From: Acanthaster planci
Lineage: Eukaryota
Assembly (NCBI RefSeq): GCF_001949145.1
Contig: NW_019091355.1
Location: 5,219,518 to 5,283,517, forward strand
Length of the DNA stretch: 64,000 nucleotides
Direction of reading: 5' to 3'
Shown here: positions 23,608 to 39,400 of the stretch, one piece after another
Numbering within the stretch: the stretch's first letter is position 1
How the letters are laid out: each line of letters begins with the position of its first letter
Program-made: the position numbers and the translations under genes
Notes under the pieces: generated by a model
The model's database searches: none
Seen by the model: the letters and a program-made list of their open reading frames with translations, nothing else
What the model was told of the DNA's origin: nothing

Positions 23608-26600
23608 GTAAGTAAAACAAGCTAAAGAAATTCACTGATGCAGATGATCGCGAAAAGCAGTGCCCCTGGCTTTGTTCACAGGGGATATCCGATTATCTCC
23701 TTATGGTTGACTTTTATTTACTGTGTGATTGACAAGCCAGACGCAGAATGGGCGATTCTCTCCTTGGATAAATTACAAATGGATTAAGTATCCATTAAAG
23801 AAAGCTGAGCTTTTACTGGGAAACCATCCACATTCTTAGTAGTTTGTCCATCATTGTACTTTATTCACATTAAAATTACCTAAAATCTGTAAATTATAGC
23901 CTCATAGAATGTCATATGTTTAATTAAATTCCAAAACTCAGTGCGAGTAATTTTTATCTCAAAAAAGATAGAATGTCAAACCAATGTACATCCGTACAGT
24001 GGAAGGTAAAAAGTATGCTGTGGCTAACAGTGCGCGGGGATGTAAGTTCCTGTGCAAATGAGCTAATTGTTAATTGATTGTAAAAAAAGGAATTTTTCTT
24101 GAATTTGCCCAGTGAAATATGCACTTCCATTATGCATTTTTACAAAATATTAATTGCAGATTTGAATAGTATAGTGTAAATTGGTGATTCCAATCAGGTA
24201 AATGTGGTGAGACTTTCTGATGAAAAAACAATTTTTTGGGGAGGGGGCTGTTTGCTGATTTGAGTTTCACATGACAGTTGCAAAACATGATGAACTGCAG
24301 CATTAATGTTATATCCTCTTAAGAGAAGAGGCAGCTTTGTCTTAAGTAAGGTTTTCCATTATTTGTTGGCGGAAAAATTCCCTTTGAAATGTGGAAATGT
24401 AGCGTAAATGTACACGTAGTGAAGTGAAAGAGTGAAGCTCTCTTATTTCCTCGTGATCTAATCACACTTAAATGCCCTTCTGTTGATGTTAAGACCTGCA
24501 TTAATGCTGTAAACCCCCTTGCTGTGTGATGAACCCTACTGATGAATACAGTGGTAAGGCCTGCTCCTAAACAGATGTAATGTTTATTGATTTATTTGAT
24601 CGCATTTGCTGGGTTTGTCAATATGTTCCCCTATAACAATAACAAGCAAAGGTGCAAACTGGGTCGTGGAGCCACACTTCCAACAAACACTGTATTGATT
24701 TGCCGTTCATATTCAAAATATAAACAAACACCGTATGGTTCTGTTGTGTATCTGCTGTCTGGTTTTTATTCCCATTTAACATGATGATGCATTCCGCAGA
24801 AAGAAAGTGTAATTAGGTATGAAATCTCCTGATAAGGTCCCAAAGTGGATTTTTAAATGTTTTTTTAAGAAGTTAGCAGTTGGTTGAATGGTCAGCCCTC
24901 AGAAACCAGTTTAAACAGTTTGGAGTGTAAATGGTGACTGATGGTATAAAATTAGTCCTCAATTTGAGACTCTCAGTGAATTTATTGCATATTTTGAACA
25001 TACAAAAGTCCCCTACACAAAAGTGGCTCCCTCCTCAACAGTGTGTGTATGAAGTAGCAATTTAAAAGAAACATCCGCAACTTAGTCTGCGTATGTACCG
25101 TATATTTGCACATCCCCTCTATAATCTCGCTACCAGAGTGGTGCAGAATTGGCCCTCGTTTTCAACTGCAGGCACGGGCGAGTATAGCTTTGCCTTCAAC
25201 ATTGAAAGATTAAATTGGTGTGGCTGTCTGTCCTCAAATACATGTATTCAGAATGGCAAGTCTGGTGCAAGGTGGAAATTATAGAAAGAAGTTGTATTCT
25301 ACATAAAGTATTCTACATAAAGTAGGCCTGAGTTTGTCTTCGTCTGTTTCCTTCATGACAGATTTCAGTCAGATGAGCGGTATGTATGCACACGTGCACT
25401 GTATATGCGCTATACGTTTCTTGATGTAATTGTAAATCCTGCCTAAGAACTCTTGCGATTCAGAAACAACCTCTTCCAAATCCAGATTATACCATTGTGT
25501 GGGACTCGTACAGCCATGTACATGTCAAGAATATTCAAGGGACACATTATAGGGCCTCCTGGCAACCAGGTCCAGGTTTAATGCATAGGCAACCAGTAGA
25601 AAGACACTGGACCCAGACCCATTCAAAAAATTGAACACTCGATAAACACCACAGTTTTATCTGGGTGGACAGGGAGTTTGTTTGTTCTTCAGATTGGCTG
25701 GTGGATTATTCAATGCACGAACTGGTCTCGGAGTCCCAAGTTGTAAGTCTCTGTTATGTCCTTATGTACACAATTGTGAACAAAATTCTGGAATGGTGCA
25801 AACTTCAAAGGTTCGTGACCATTCAAATACGTTCAACAAACATCATTATTCGGCACACCTACCTGTTTTTTATTTGAGTGATCACAGTTAAGCCTTCAAA
25901 GTGGAACACCTAAAATCCACTAACAATATTTTCTGAGGGATTTTTTGTCGGTTGCACTATTTACTGGGACGGATCTTGGTGTATTTTATCTGTAATGAAA
26001 GGAAACCTTCCCGGAAAGAGCCTTAGTTCATTATATAAAGATAAATGCTGATGAGATCAGAAGTGCTTGTGGTGGGTCCTCACAATAATGTAGTCTCTGT
26101 GTGCTTTCTTGCCACCCAGAATATCCGGGTGTCAGGCCTGGGTCAAGCCTGCGATTACTCTCAACCCCTTTCACATTGTCGTAAGAATCCAATATGGCTG
26201 CTGAGCATGTCCAGCATTCTATCCAGGTGAAACTCTGCCCCGTTGGCAAACATGGTCAAGAGGCTGTAGTTTATGGGGAAACTGAACAATGGCGGCCTGC
26301 TTAAATTGATATTGGAGTGAATGGACAACTTGACACCTTGCCAACCTAACCAGGGTTGGATTCCTTTTGGGGGGGCAGCTTACTTGGGTCCCAAGCTGAT
26401 GTCCTCCTTATACATGCAAGGTGATATGTAAATTGTAAACACCATGTATGTAATTTTGTGGACGTGTCCAGTTAACGTCCTTGTATTACACATGTACACG
26501 TATCAGTAGTCAGGAAGATTTACATATATATCCTTTACATATTTGAAAACCAAATATTTAGAGAGACAGCTACAGAAAGTACAGCCCCAAATGGACATCT

Positions 26601-27591
26601 TTAATAATTGTTGACGGATCACCCTCTTGTCTTTGATACCTTCATTATTGAATTATGGTCCATTCTGAGTGGTTGCCAGGAAACAGGAAGCACTCTATGG
26701 AAGACAGTCAACCAATGGAGCACGCACTGACATGATAAATCTTCCGATCTGCAAAGCGGCGATCTAAACAGTTGTCCATATCTCACAGATAACGTTGACT
26801 GGGATTATATTGCAATTAATCATTAACAATGGTAATATATGTGCACTCTGGAATTCCTTGTCTGTACAACTTCTGAGAAATGTAGAAGAACGATTTGTAT
26901 TTTCTCTGTTTTTTGGTTACCTTTTATCCCTGTGAGTCTCTTTAAGGGTCGTTAAGTTTAAAGTTGAACATTAAGTGTGCTGTTAGGCCCCTGGGATGGT
27001 TTGAGAGAGATAAAGAAAAAAAGCTTCCCTGAATTTGGGCAGCATCCTCATTGGAAACTATTGCTTTTTCATGTCACATTCGGGGATCCAATCTCCCTGT
27101 GAATTCCATATCTCCTTACAGTAAATTCACAGGTCTTGTTCACACCCTACAGTTAAGGAGATACTTTCCAACACTGCTGTGAACAAATGTTCCCCAGGAG
27201 AACCACACAGGCTGCAAGGACCTGCCAAGTCGATCGAGTGATTTTTTCTAGAGACATCAAATGTCGACTGCTCTGTTAATGAGCACTTTTTGCATCTCTA
27301 CTGATAACCCAGCAGTCAGTGAGCTTTATCAGCCAGCTAGTTAGAGTGTCAGGCATGGCTTGAATTCCTTCGTGGGCTGGCCTTTCTCAGAGTTTCTCAA
27401 GCGAGGAAAACTTGATGAGGATGTTTTTTTTTTCCTCCTGTGAGGGAAGAGAATGACCTCAAGAGGGAGACATGGATGGTAATGTTAGTGTATTGCATGT
27501 TTTTATGCATTAGATGACACGCTCTTGGAAGTTCTTGGTCTGGCCACGGACCCAAAGGATGGGGGCCAGAGAGAGGTGTTCCACTTTTCAC

Positions 27592-27661
27592 AGTGCATGA
27601 TTTGACTAACCATACTACTTTGATCTAGTGCATGATTTGACGAACCATACTACTTTGATCT
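27592..27661. repeat. 35 bp tandem duplication
   Basis: AGTGCATGATTTGAC(T/G)AACCATACTACTTTGATCT x2, one mismatch. Confidence 0.95.
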
Positions 27662-30600
27662 AATACTGATGTGTGGTTGTCCATTTCAATAAAAAAATGT
27701 AAACGTTCCTCTTTCCATAGGCAAAGAGACAATATATATTTTTGGGGAAACAAATTCTAAAGTCAGTAAATTTGGTTATTGCAAGGTTCTTCTTTGGCTG
27801 TTATGTTTCAACAGTCACATGGAACTTCCACAGAGTGTTTTGGGATGTCATTTTCATCCAGGATTCCATTTGAAACATACTTTGTCGTGTGGTTGGTAAG
27901 CAGTGTCTCCAGAAGAAATCTTGCTGTTCTTTTATTGCTGGATTGAATGAGTAGGCCTACATGCTCGTGCAGCAGTAATGACATTATTCAACCAGTTGAA
28001 ATGCACTGTCAGATTTCTTTGAGCCAAATTAGAAAGAACCTAGCTACACGTACTTTAGTTGGTACAGACTGTGGTGGTCATGACAGTCATGATGCCATTC
28101 GACCAACTGTAATGCTGAATGTCGTGGGGGGAGGGGAGGGAGACTTGGCACCTATGACTCATGGGTAATAAGACAATATCACAGGTGAGACGTACGCTTT
28201 TTACCCAGCCATTCAGAAGTGATGAGATTTGTGGTCTCATCAGCGTCTTACACAATGTTCCATGGCTGGCTGTCATAAATGGAGAGGATGCGCTCGGAAG
28301 CAGCATTGCCGACTCAGGCGTGGTGCCGGCCACTGCCAAGCGCGTCCTGAGAATACAGCAACAGGACAGACTGGTGTATGCATGCATTTCTCATCGAGAG
28401 GCATGTGTCATCAGGTGCACATTGGTTGATGGTTGAGTGATGTCAGCGCTTGTCAGATTATTCGAGTGTCGTGTAATCTCCGGCTTTTGTACCGGTATGT
28501 GCCGTGGTCTGGAGTACGGCACATAGTCATCACAATTATCTGCTCTGACACCATGTACAATGCTGTCTTTAATTCAACCTGACTAAGCCAATTATGCATT
28601 TTGTTGATTGAAATGAGAATAATACATGTATGTTTGGAATGTTCCTAATTAATCCCAGTCGGCTGTATCCAATACCCGGTTTTGCATTGACCACAATTTG
28701 GGAGTGACATAAAAACTCTAAGAGTCTGAGAACCATCACTTTGTCTCAGTTTGGTAGTGCAGGTACATGTAGTGTAGAGAATTTGTATTATGCAAATTTT
28801 TTTTGGCGGGGGAGGGGGGTAGATTTAGAGATTTCTGTTTGGGATAACTTGTGTGTAGCCAAGGAACTAGGAACTGAATTTTTTCAGTGCCTTGGATGAC
28901 ATCATTGTTCTGCTCATGAATATGCAAACATGCATTAGCATAAAACCAAACAAGCATCAAAATATGGGTTAAAATTGCAAAACAAAAAATTTTAAAAAGC
29001 TTAATTGAAACCCAAAGATGCAATTTCAAGGGTTTTTTAGTAATATTTATAAAAATATTTCTATTTCCTGGTTCCTTTAAGAAAAATAATGAACAGAAAT
29101 TACCAGTGATAAACTTGCCAGATAAACTGTCTGCTTATAAAGGAATTTTGTTGGTTTGTCAGGGTAAAAAGAGAATCTCATGAAATGAATCTTCAGAGAC
29201 ACTGCCATGGTTAGGTACAGACTTCCTATCTGTAGCCTGCTCCATTTCAACCAAGGAAAAGAGATTGCTGTAGCGAGCATCATGTATCCAAGATCTTACT
29301 TGATTACTCAAATGATAAAGGGCAGACCCATCAACAGTTTTGAGCGGATATTAAATTCAGTCAGACATTACTGACATCACCGATAAGATATTTGATTTAT
29401 CTTGTTAATTTAGCCACAAGGGGCTTCCCAGCCAAAAGACCCTAGTGACAGACAGTTTGACGCAGTTGATGGATACAGTAATTAAAGTTGCTATCTTTGA
29501 TCAAATCAGAAGATAGTTTAAGGGTTGTGGCTGGATAGGTCTCCTTAAAAGTTAAATGAAGATGACGGTTGCTGAAACCATGACAGTTTGTGTGTATAAT
29601 TTGGCTTGTTACATTAAAAACAACCTCCACGCTAATGTTATTTGTCCAGCACTCACCATGACCTATCCCCCTTTCCCTTAACATGTAAACCTCAGTTTTG
29701 CCTCAGTCCTCACTACCTCAGTCTTTGATTGCTGCGAGCATCGAACGCTTTAGCAACACAAGCTTGCAAGTATTGCCTTTTCAGTAGAAAAAAGATTGGA
29801 AAGAAGGGCAAAAGAGGAAAAACTAGACCGCAAGAGGAGAAGATTTAGCATTCAGGAGGGCAAGAATTGAGCTGTTGGGTGACAGAGAAACTGACCGATG
29901 GGACACACTTGGTTTGCTTAGCTCTTGAGGTATCTCAGCCAGACAAATTCAGGGGGGAATATATTGCTCTCTGGTTAAGTCAACATTTTCCTTGGGCAAG
30001 TGCTGGGCTTCTCCCCATGGAATTGGCAAAATCTCTTGTACGTGTACTAAGGTGTGTGGGGTGAGTGGAAAAACCTTGTTGTGCCGCTCCAGATAAGTTT
30101 CAAGATTTGCTGGGTCGGCGACAGTCTTCCATATTGGAGGAGTCTGCGAAAAGTGGCATTTTTAACTGATGGATCTGTGAAACCCTATGGTGAAACCGAT
30201 CCGAAAACTGATTTGACGTTGGAGCACAGAAGTCATTTTAGTAAATGCGTGTGAGCACTTTGTGGACCTTTCATGCGTAAACATTCGGATAAATTCTTTC
30301 CAGTCCTCTTCAGGTCACTTTTTCTGGTGTGTACAAATGTAGCCGCATGTGCTGGAGAAGTGCAATTGTTGTAGGGACATGACTCAGTGAAACAAATTCC
30401 TGCAAGTAGGAGCTGCTTCAGTAAATTTTTCGGGGATACTGAGGTTTGGTTTGGCTATAGGGTAACGTGCAATAGTTCAAAGCAACAAAAATTTCAGTGA
30501 CTTATTCTGTACTTTACCTCGGGTTGAAAGAGGTCAGGTTGAGGAGAAGAGAGTGGAATCCGAATTTTGTTTTTTGTTAAGAAGTCTGGAGAAAGCTAAG

Positions 30601-33600
30601 AGCAATTCCAGTTTTTCAGATTGACCATTACTTCTCTCGGCAACTAAGCACTCTGAGCACAGCAGAGTTGAGGAATTTCTCCGAAAATGCATCCCATACA
30701 GGGCAAATTGATCAAACACTTGACTCTTTCACATCCAAGGGGCGAGTTGGAAGGGAGGCTGCTGAAATCGCATTCCAGGGAGAGGGAAGGAGGGGGGGGT
30801 CAATGCATGCTGAATTGAACACTTCAGTTCCCTGGGATCTTGCCTACAGCTGTACAGCTGAGATTGAGTCTGAGGCCAGCAGGTTTCATTTGGAAGCGCC
30901 TCCTTTTTTTTTCTTTCTGTTTTAGATGTGCACTGTTTGCAAAAGCCTTGGAAGTTTTTAGAAAGTTGCCGGCATGTCAGAACTGTTGTGTATCAAGGTT
31001 TTGGTTACTAAAGCCTGACGGGTCACTGTAAGCAACCAGAACCTCTGCCTTTGCCACTTTTTATTGTAAAATGTAAATCGTAAAAAGATAAAATATAGTA
31101 AAAATAATATGCTAGCGTTTGATTTACATCAGTAGAATGAGGAATACATCTGCCTTTCTGACATTGGTGAAAAGTAAAATTGGATGCTCTGTTACGTAGC
31201 CATGAATTGGTCATACCATTATTCATGGTTCAGTTCATGTAAACGTTTGTATCATACAGGCGGAAAAGTCCTGTTTGTGTTTCATAAGCAATATTTATCT
31301 TAGCTGTTAAAAAAATTTACCAACATGTTCACATCAGTATACTGGTATCTATTCTATACGATTATAAATGTTGGCTGATGGTAACACTCATTAAAAAGGT
31401 TTGACTAACCAGAGAAGAAGTTAGTGATTACTTTTCATAGGAACAAAATATCAAAGTTCAGTGTTGTGTAAGGCAGTGGTATGGAGGTACGGTGACAGAG
31501 TACAGTATGTTGTTTCTTTCGCCGACTTAATGGTCGCCAACTGACTTGATGATATTCAGAACCATTTTTTTTGTTGGGGGGGGTTCTCCCTTTGACACTT
31601 CTCGTTAGTCGCATCTGCAGACTGTTCATGGCCCATTGCCTGCTGATGGGGCTGTTCATCAGTCCACTAGCTATAGCAGCTCATCACAAGTACATGTAAG
31701 TGCGGTTGTCGCACTGGGCATTTTGTGGCGGTACATGTAATTACACATGCAGCAGAGGATATTCATGCACTAGTTTCCCCCTGGTCAACACTCAAGTTGT
31801 CTTATAAAAACAACAATCTGCTTGTGTTTTCTTAGCTCTGTTGCTGGTTCCAAAATGTTGGACCAGAAAGTGAGCTGCTTACTCGTGTATAAATTTTACT
31901 GAAAAAGAAACTACAATGTACAGTGTTTCAGGTTTCAAATTCAACAGACATGTGCTTACGATGTGTACATACATTCATGTACTTTTTTTTAAGAGAAAAA
32001 AGATAGTTGCAACAAAATTTGAATGTATCTTAAGTTTCCAAAATGCTTTAAGCATAGCATTTGAGTTGAAATAGAATAATTAATCATTTTACGTAGGCTT
32101 CATTTTTTTTTTCATATGTCTGTGATTAAAAGAATACAGGATATTCCAGTCTCTGTAATAATTTTGTGATTGTGACTGAATCGAACACGTGAAATTATAG
32201 ATAATGTATGCGCGAAAGCACTGCTCAGAGGGCACAATTAAGCTCGGGATCAGTCCCCCTCAATCCACACCTACATGTAGATGTCCACATCCCCCCTCCC
32301 CTGAGACTGACAAGTCAGTGAAGAAGGCGTGAATCAATTAAAGGGAGTTTTTCTCTCCGCCTTCTTGATTCACCACTTATTAGCCAACACGAGTTTTATA
32401 CTCCCCAGTGACTCGGGGTCCTTGGTAATTCATTACCACTGTGAGTCAATTAGGATAAGGATTTTGGAATGCTAATGAAAAACGTTTTACTTATGGCATC
32501 TATATAAGGATAAAAAATGTTTCCTGGTGCTCTTACATAGAATTGCATGTATGGAATTATGATACTGCCCAATCAGCCTGTTTTATTACGTGTAGAATTT
32601 CATATTTTTGTTTGTAAAGGTAAATGGGATAGGATTATTGTTTTCCCACTTTATTGGCAACATTCAGTTCCACACAGAAGTGAAAATTGGTCATGCCGCT
32701 GCCCAGCTCTCACCTCATTATTATTCCTAATTTATAAGCAAAAGTCATTGCAAAAGTGGAAGTGAAAATGAAAAGCAGTGATTATACATGTCCATATTAT
32801 TTGTACTGTGTTCATTATTTATATATAATATTGAGGTTGATAACAGTGTGGCCAGTTCCCACTTTTGTGTGGAATTGTCCCACGTCATTTGGTTGTTTAC
32901 AGGTATTGAGAAAATCTTAAAAATATGTTCAGGCTTGCCATGAGGTGAACTTTAAACTCATGAGTTCTTGTCCAAGCCCAATGGATCCAATCAGGTTGAA
33001 ACATTAGCAAGGTATGTCAACATGAAAATGAACGGTGCATTTATATGTTACTGCGATGCATTTGATAATTAAATTGACCAAATGTAACACACAACACCTT
33101 TCTGCTCTCAGATCCCCCGTTGTTTTTCAAATGGTTATGTGGTATTTATTATTTTTCTAGTTAAATGTGAAACCCTGCGGGTACCTCCACTCACTCAGTA
33201 CCAAATATTAAATCGCACACTTCTACCTGCCCATATTTGCAGTCATATCCATGCAAGTGTTACCCATATGGTACAAAATTTACCACTGGACCACGTGTAA
33301 ATGTGAATGGTGGACCTGTTAGTGTTGCCAATCCAAAACAAATAATTTATCATAACTGTGCACACGTGTGTACTTTTTTACAGTTGTGTGCTCTCTGTGA
33401 GTGGACACGATCCTTTATGAAGCCAACCACAATTTATCCTATACTCGACCACTTCCTAGCCCCCCCTGCCAAAAAATGCTTTCAACCCCATCCGACCAGA
33501 AGTAATGTCGCAGACCCCAGGCAGGCGTCTGGTTGGCTGCCGCATATATCCCGGCGGAATTCTTGTTGGAGTAGAGAAGAAAACCTGAAATGCGGCATGA

Positions 33601-36600
33601 AATCCAAGGCCGCCGATGGAGATTAATAATGAATTGAATTGACAAATGAATACAAGTAGATTCCAGGCAGGCACAGGAGATGTCAGGGTACGTGTTGGTC
33701 TGTTTGGAGTCCTTTGTGTAGGTTGGACAGCAATGCGGTGTGATGTGTGTATCATTGTCGGTAGTTTGAGACATGCCACACCTTATAGGACGAAAATAGC
33801 TTTCATGAGGAAAAAAATATTTTATTTCTAATGCCGTAAAGTATTGTCTGAGACACACCTACTACATGACTTTACTGGTTTATAAAATGACAGACTTGAG
33901 TTCATTATCAAGGGGGAAAGGCACACTTTCTTTAAAAATCTGAGGAAGAAAGGACATGACTGTTTGAAGATGCTAGCTTCAACCACTGCATGAAATGTGC
34001 ACGGTACCTCCTCAGAACGTGCATTCAGGATGAGAAATCGATCCAAGAGAGCAAACTAGAGCAGAAATAAATTTCATAACCTGAAAACTGTTGATATGCC
34101 ATGAAAATTTATAAGTTATTTCCCATTGTCAGCCAGAGGGTGCAGTGCATACATGACAACCCAGCTGTGCAAGTCTTATCTACTGTCTGTGCGTTCCTGT
34201 TACTCAACAGCACGTTATTCTGTTTACACCAGTACACTTAGATACTTTCTCGTTAACTTTTTCGCGCGTTTGCATTTCTCACAGATGAAATCACCACAGA
34301 CGTGCATTAGGTTCAGATTTTTACCGCAGTTGAAGATATTTTGTCCACTTCAATAGAAGGACCACTATACAGAAGAAACTGATAATCACTGGCTGCAGTT
34401 TGCAGCTAAAACACAACCGCACTGGAGTACCGGCCGCGCTGTTCGCTTCCTGTCCGTGATTGGTTGTGCAAATTTGCCCTGCACGCTGTCATGGCAGGGA
34501 TGCCAGTGTTTGCCAGTGTGACCATTAGTGAGTCTGAGCTGTCTGCTCGGTCCACACATTAAACTCCAGATAGCAGATTGCTGGCTAAGGCGTGATGAGT
34601 AATTTGTATGAGGAAGGGGGAAACTTGAAAGGGGGGGGGGTGTGGATCAGACATGGCTGAAGAGGGTGGAAGCCTGTAAACACCACAAAGAGCTCACAAA
34701 GAGGATTTCACCCTACGTTGCGATTTGTTTAAGTTTGTGCAAGTTTTTATCATCCACATAAGAGAGGCTGTTTGAGCACAGAAAGTTTGACTCCAATTAA
34801 TCAAGTGAGGCCAGAATGCTTAAAAGCCTTGACTGCCTTTGGAATTATCTCTCATTTTAGTAAGGAAACCCTACAGCGTACACACAACTTTCTGTGGCAG
34901 GTGCATGCTGGTTTGCACATGCCAGACCATGGATACAGTCAAACAAGTGTAGGTACACACAGCCGGAAGAGCTGTTGTGTACATAATGTGTCCACATTGT
35001 CAGTTACCAAGTTTGACACTGAAGGAGGAGCCTGTTGAAGATGGCACTGCGTCGTCAGAGAGCGAGTGACTTGTGTTAAACCGTAGTCACATTGTTTAGA
35101 TAATTATAGGCAGTTTCTGAAGTTGTTCACGTCTTCATGGTTTTGCAGTGAGAACATCCTCCCAGTTGGTTTGATCCTATGATTCAAATGAATAGGGTGG
35201 ACACGCCCAGGCTTCGAAAGTACAGTCACACTCGGCAGCTCACAGGCTAATAAGCCTGATAATCCATTTGCTCAGTTTGCAAACCGAACTTTTTAATATC
35301 TGCTGTTAACCCCCCTTCAATTTTGTGAGTCCTTAACCTCAGCCTGCCCAGACTTGAAGATTTTGTTGGATTTTGTATGTTATGGAGCTTGATGTCTTGT
35401 GGAAGTTGTAAGTTCAAAGAATATGCCATGAGGTCTCTGCATGTTGGCAGATTTGGAAAGATCAGGGAAATTATGACCCTTAAAATGCTTTAATTTTACT
35501 TAAGAGATTGCCATTTTCATCCAAACTTTTACATCAGGAAGGTAGGAATGATTACATCTACTCAGGAAATCTGGCTGTGAATTTTCTGTTTTTTCCATCT
35601 TCCATATCCCAACTGCTTGTGTCATAAATCTCACACCACCTCAGTTATTCTAAGCAGTCAGGATGGAATTGAACCTGACAGCGTTATCACCCAGTGGGGA
35701 ATCAGACAAGGTAAACAAGCCTGCCCATGGGGTCACTTAACACCCAGCCAGGTTCCAATTGCCTCATGTGGGGCCTGCTGCTGTTGATAAACCTGAATTG
35801 TGTATATTTGCACTTTGTCTCTGACCTTTTCACTTGGCAGTGAGGAGCAACTACCAAATAGGTACATGTAGTATTGAGAAATGGCACAGTAACATTGTTG
35901 TTTGCCCATCTAGGTTTTCATTGTGGCTAATGGCCTAATCCATGCTTGTAGATATATCCATACTTGGTTGGGTGTGCCAATACACGTCCAGATCTCAATG
36001 CCTTTGAAATAGTAGAAAGAGCCCCTTTAACTTTAAATCCAAACTATCTTTTAAAAAAAATAGGACTGACTCAATTCACATCCTTGGACTTATACAAAAT
36101 TTAGCCAAAATTAATAACGTGGTCAGATATCGTTTTCAAATCCTGTGCACAAATAAAAGGGAGGGGTGTGGCTATGATATCTCTGCAATCCAAACTCCAT
36201 TGAGATAATGCATAAGTAGTACTAATGCGGATCTTTCCAGGTCTGTCAAAATCCAAAAGAAAATTTGGACGTGTCTGCAAGATTGAGGAAGGAATATATG
36301 ATCCCAGCAACTATTAACTTTGATCCCCCTTGAAAGTTGAAGTAAAGGCAGTGTGCCATTGGCTTCAGTTGCCAGTTGCGGATTTTGGACGATGCAGGAA
36401 GTTTCCTAGCAAAAATGTCCAAGGAATTTGAGAGATGTCTAATGGGAACCAGGAAGTCATTAAAAATACTCCAGCAATCTCTGTTTTTCTTGTCATGAAA
36501 GATTTCCAAACTTGTTTAGTTGTAAATTTACTTTTGCTGGTATGTGTGTGATGCCGCGAGCAATGAAACTGTCTAAGGATGGTGGGAAAGTGGACTGTTC

Positions 36601-38888
36601 GTTCACTCAGAGAGAAAAAAACAGCTTGCTTCTTACTTTGGAAATCGGCCATTAGCTGCCATTAATTATTGCAGTTAAGTTCTGTAAGTTATGACAGTGA
36701 ACGTTGGGAAAACTTTGGCCGATATACAAGTAGCACGTACCCATTGTATCAGATTAAAGTTGGCCATTTGGCTTTTTTCACATGTTTACATGGATAAGTA
36801 TGTGAGAAATGTACTTCATTCCACATTCCACCCACACCCCAAAAGACCTGATGGATCATGAAATGACAAAAGCTTTACAATGAGGCTAATCGCAGCATTT
36901 TTTTCGCACCTTTCCCCCCTGCATGTCACTTAACACATTGCCTGGTTTTGATTTCCACATAACTCATGGTGATACCAAGCCTGGCAGGTCTCTCCTATAG
37001 GCCTGTCTGCCTGGATGGTACCCTATCCCTGCATCAGAATAAACAAACAGTGTCCCCATCCCGAGGTCAGCATCAGGTCCTGGAAGTGTTCAGCCCATCC
37101 AGCTTAGTCTCCTACTCCAGCAGGGCTTGACAACTCCTATGATTTATATTCTCAGCACAGCAAAACCTGATAATCTTCACGTAGGCACTGTTTTTTATGA
37201 TGTTTGTCTGGTACAAGTGCTCTAAGTATAGATCATGCTTGTCAAAGGTTTTCATCATGGCGTGTGTGGTCCTGAAAAGCGCTTGAATAATTGAGCACCA
37301 TGTTTGTCTCCAAGACCAGACAACATTTGTCAAGAGGGAAGTTATTTTCACAAGGTGTTTTTTGACTTCTCATGGAGAAGAATGTTGTTGAATCGTAAGA
37401 ACTTTTCCAATCCCTCTTTTTAGAGACTACCTTTTCATTTTCAGGTGAATTTTACAAGTACAGTGTGGTCTTCCAAAAGTAAAATGTAGTTGCTTTGTTA
37501 AAAAAAAAGGCAGGGCAAGCATTAAAAACAACGGTCATGTTTGCTCAGTACCTTAGGTTGCAGACAAAACATTGTTTTGGCCCTCAAATGATACTTTGCT
37601 CACAGAGTGTAACCATTTTGGACCCCCCTTTTTTTAAATGAGAATTACGTATATTTTGAAATTTCAGAAAGTTGTGGAATTTCTTTTAAAATTGTAATAG
37701 CTGTTTGGGAAAATGTTTCTAATGCTATGCATGCACTTCTCAGAACTAGAGTTGTACGTGGAATTGTGTGATGTACATTTAGTAGAAAAAGGAATTAAGA
37801 TTTATGTTTTTAAACTCATTTAGTGGGTCTCTTCTTAATTTTTTTGGGGGGGAGGGAAGCATTTTCTTCTAGGGAGAGGTAATATCCAGAGGGAAGGGCA
37901 TCAAAGCACTCTCCAACAAACCGATAAACCATTAGCAGTGGAAAGAGCCAATTTCGAGATCTTTTCAGGCAAATTGGGGATTTTCACCCCTTTTTCACCT
38001 GTGTTTTTCCCCATTTCTTTTTTTTGCTGTCTTATTTTATTTTATTTTTTTTCGGGGGTGCAAATGCCACCTTGAATCCCCCCCTGGAAAGGCCATGTTG
38101 GAAAGCTCAAAGTAGGGTAACTACATGCATATCGCTTCTTGATGAATGAATGAATTGGCAATGAGTGCTGCAACCTGAGTGATTGTAACTCTAATGAGGC
38201 TCAGACATTTGAAACGTTGACAAACTGTGCATTCATCATGCCAGTTAGAAATAAGAAACAGGAGAGTCCGGTCATAGGTATCTCGATGATTTCTTCTCTG
38301 GTCAGTAAAACCCCCTGCAGACCCAGACCAGCTAATTAGCTTGAGGAGACAGCTCTCCTAACTTTGCGTCAAACACGGCCGGCCATGCGAGACAGGATAG
38401 ATGTGCAGCGGCATGCGACGACGTGACAAATTTGTGCAACATTAGTCCTTTTGATGGATGGCGCTGCTCAGTAAGGCAAGGCGGTCTCTGAACTGGTTAA
38501 TGGCAGCGGATGCACTTTGATTGTCCACATTTCCTCCACTGGGGAAGAGGCAAATTTCGGCTGGGCAATCAACATCTGGCTGAACCGAGATTTCATTCAG
38601 AAATGTCTAGACTCAAACATGTAATGGGCATTACCCCTTACAGACACTGTCTTGTGTACTTGATTTGCCCAGAAGTCAAGTCATCTTTAGCAAGGCAAGG
38701 TGCAAGTCAGAATCAAGAGTGAGGGATGCCGTGTACAAATTGTACATGTAGACACATTTACAGTTCCTTTACTTTAACTCTTTTGGCAGTTTGATACTTC
38801 AAAAAGGCAATGTCATTGGAGAATAAAGCACCTAATGTCACAAGCTCAAACATATTCAGTGCAAGTGAGTCAGTGTACATGTATGTAT

Positions 38889-39400
38889 CAGAGTTGTAAT
38901 GACTCAAGTCCATGACTCAACTCAAGTTAAACTTGAGTCACAATTTTTGGTGACTAGACTTGAGTCCCATTGGGTAAATCACTCAACTCACTCGATTCAA
39001 GTCACTGCAAATGACTCAACTCGAGTCCCTCATCTGAAGACCAGACTCAAGCGAATGTTAACAAGACTTATTGAGTCCCAAAAATAAAAGCGAATTTTTC
39101 AAAAAAAAAATTCGATGACTTGCAGTGTAAGTTAATTAATAATGGTTCTATCATGTCTTATTATCATCAAAGGTAAGATGTGGTGTGAGCATGTGTAGAA
39201 ACCCAGACTTAAATTAAAATGCTGTAAAAATGAATTTCTCTCGTGTTTTTCTGTATCACATTGTGTTCAAATATTGCTGACTCCATTCCAATTGACTTGA
39301 CTCGACCCGACTTTTTTGCCTAATGAATTGACTTGAGTCACTATGTTATGATGACTCGACTCAACTTGAGCCACAAAAATAAGAAAGTCTTACAACTCTG
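38889..39400. mobile_element. hAT-like MITE (512 bp) with GACTC/GAGTC subterminal repeats
   Basis: Perfect 11 bp TIR CAGAGTTGTAA / TTACAACTCTG; many GACTCAA/GACTTGAGTC units clustered at both ends. No intact 8 bp TSD is visible, so the superfamily call is inferred from the CAG start. Confidence 0.75.

Noticed and set aside
26077..26150. tRNA-Gly-like sequence
   Set aside because: Only a TGCCAC..CCGGGT resemblance; no TTC T-loop or acceptor stem. At most a decayed SINE head.
27592..27661. CRISPR-like 35 bp repeat
   Set aside because: Two abutting copies with no spacer, no cas genes, eukaryotic context.
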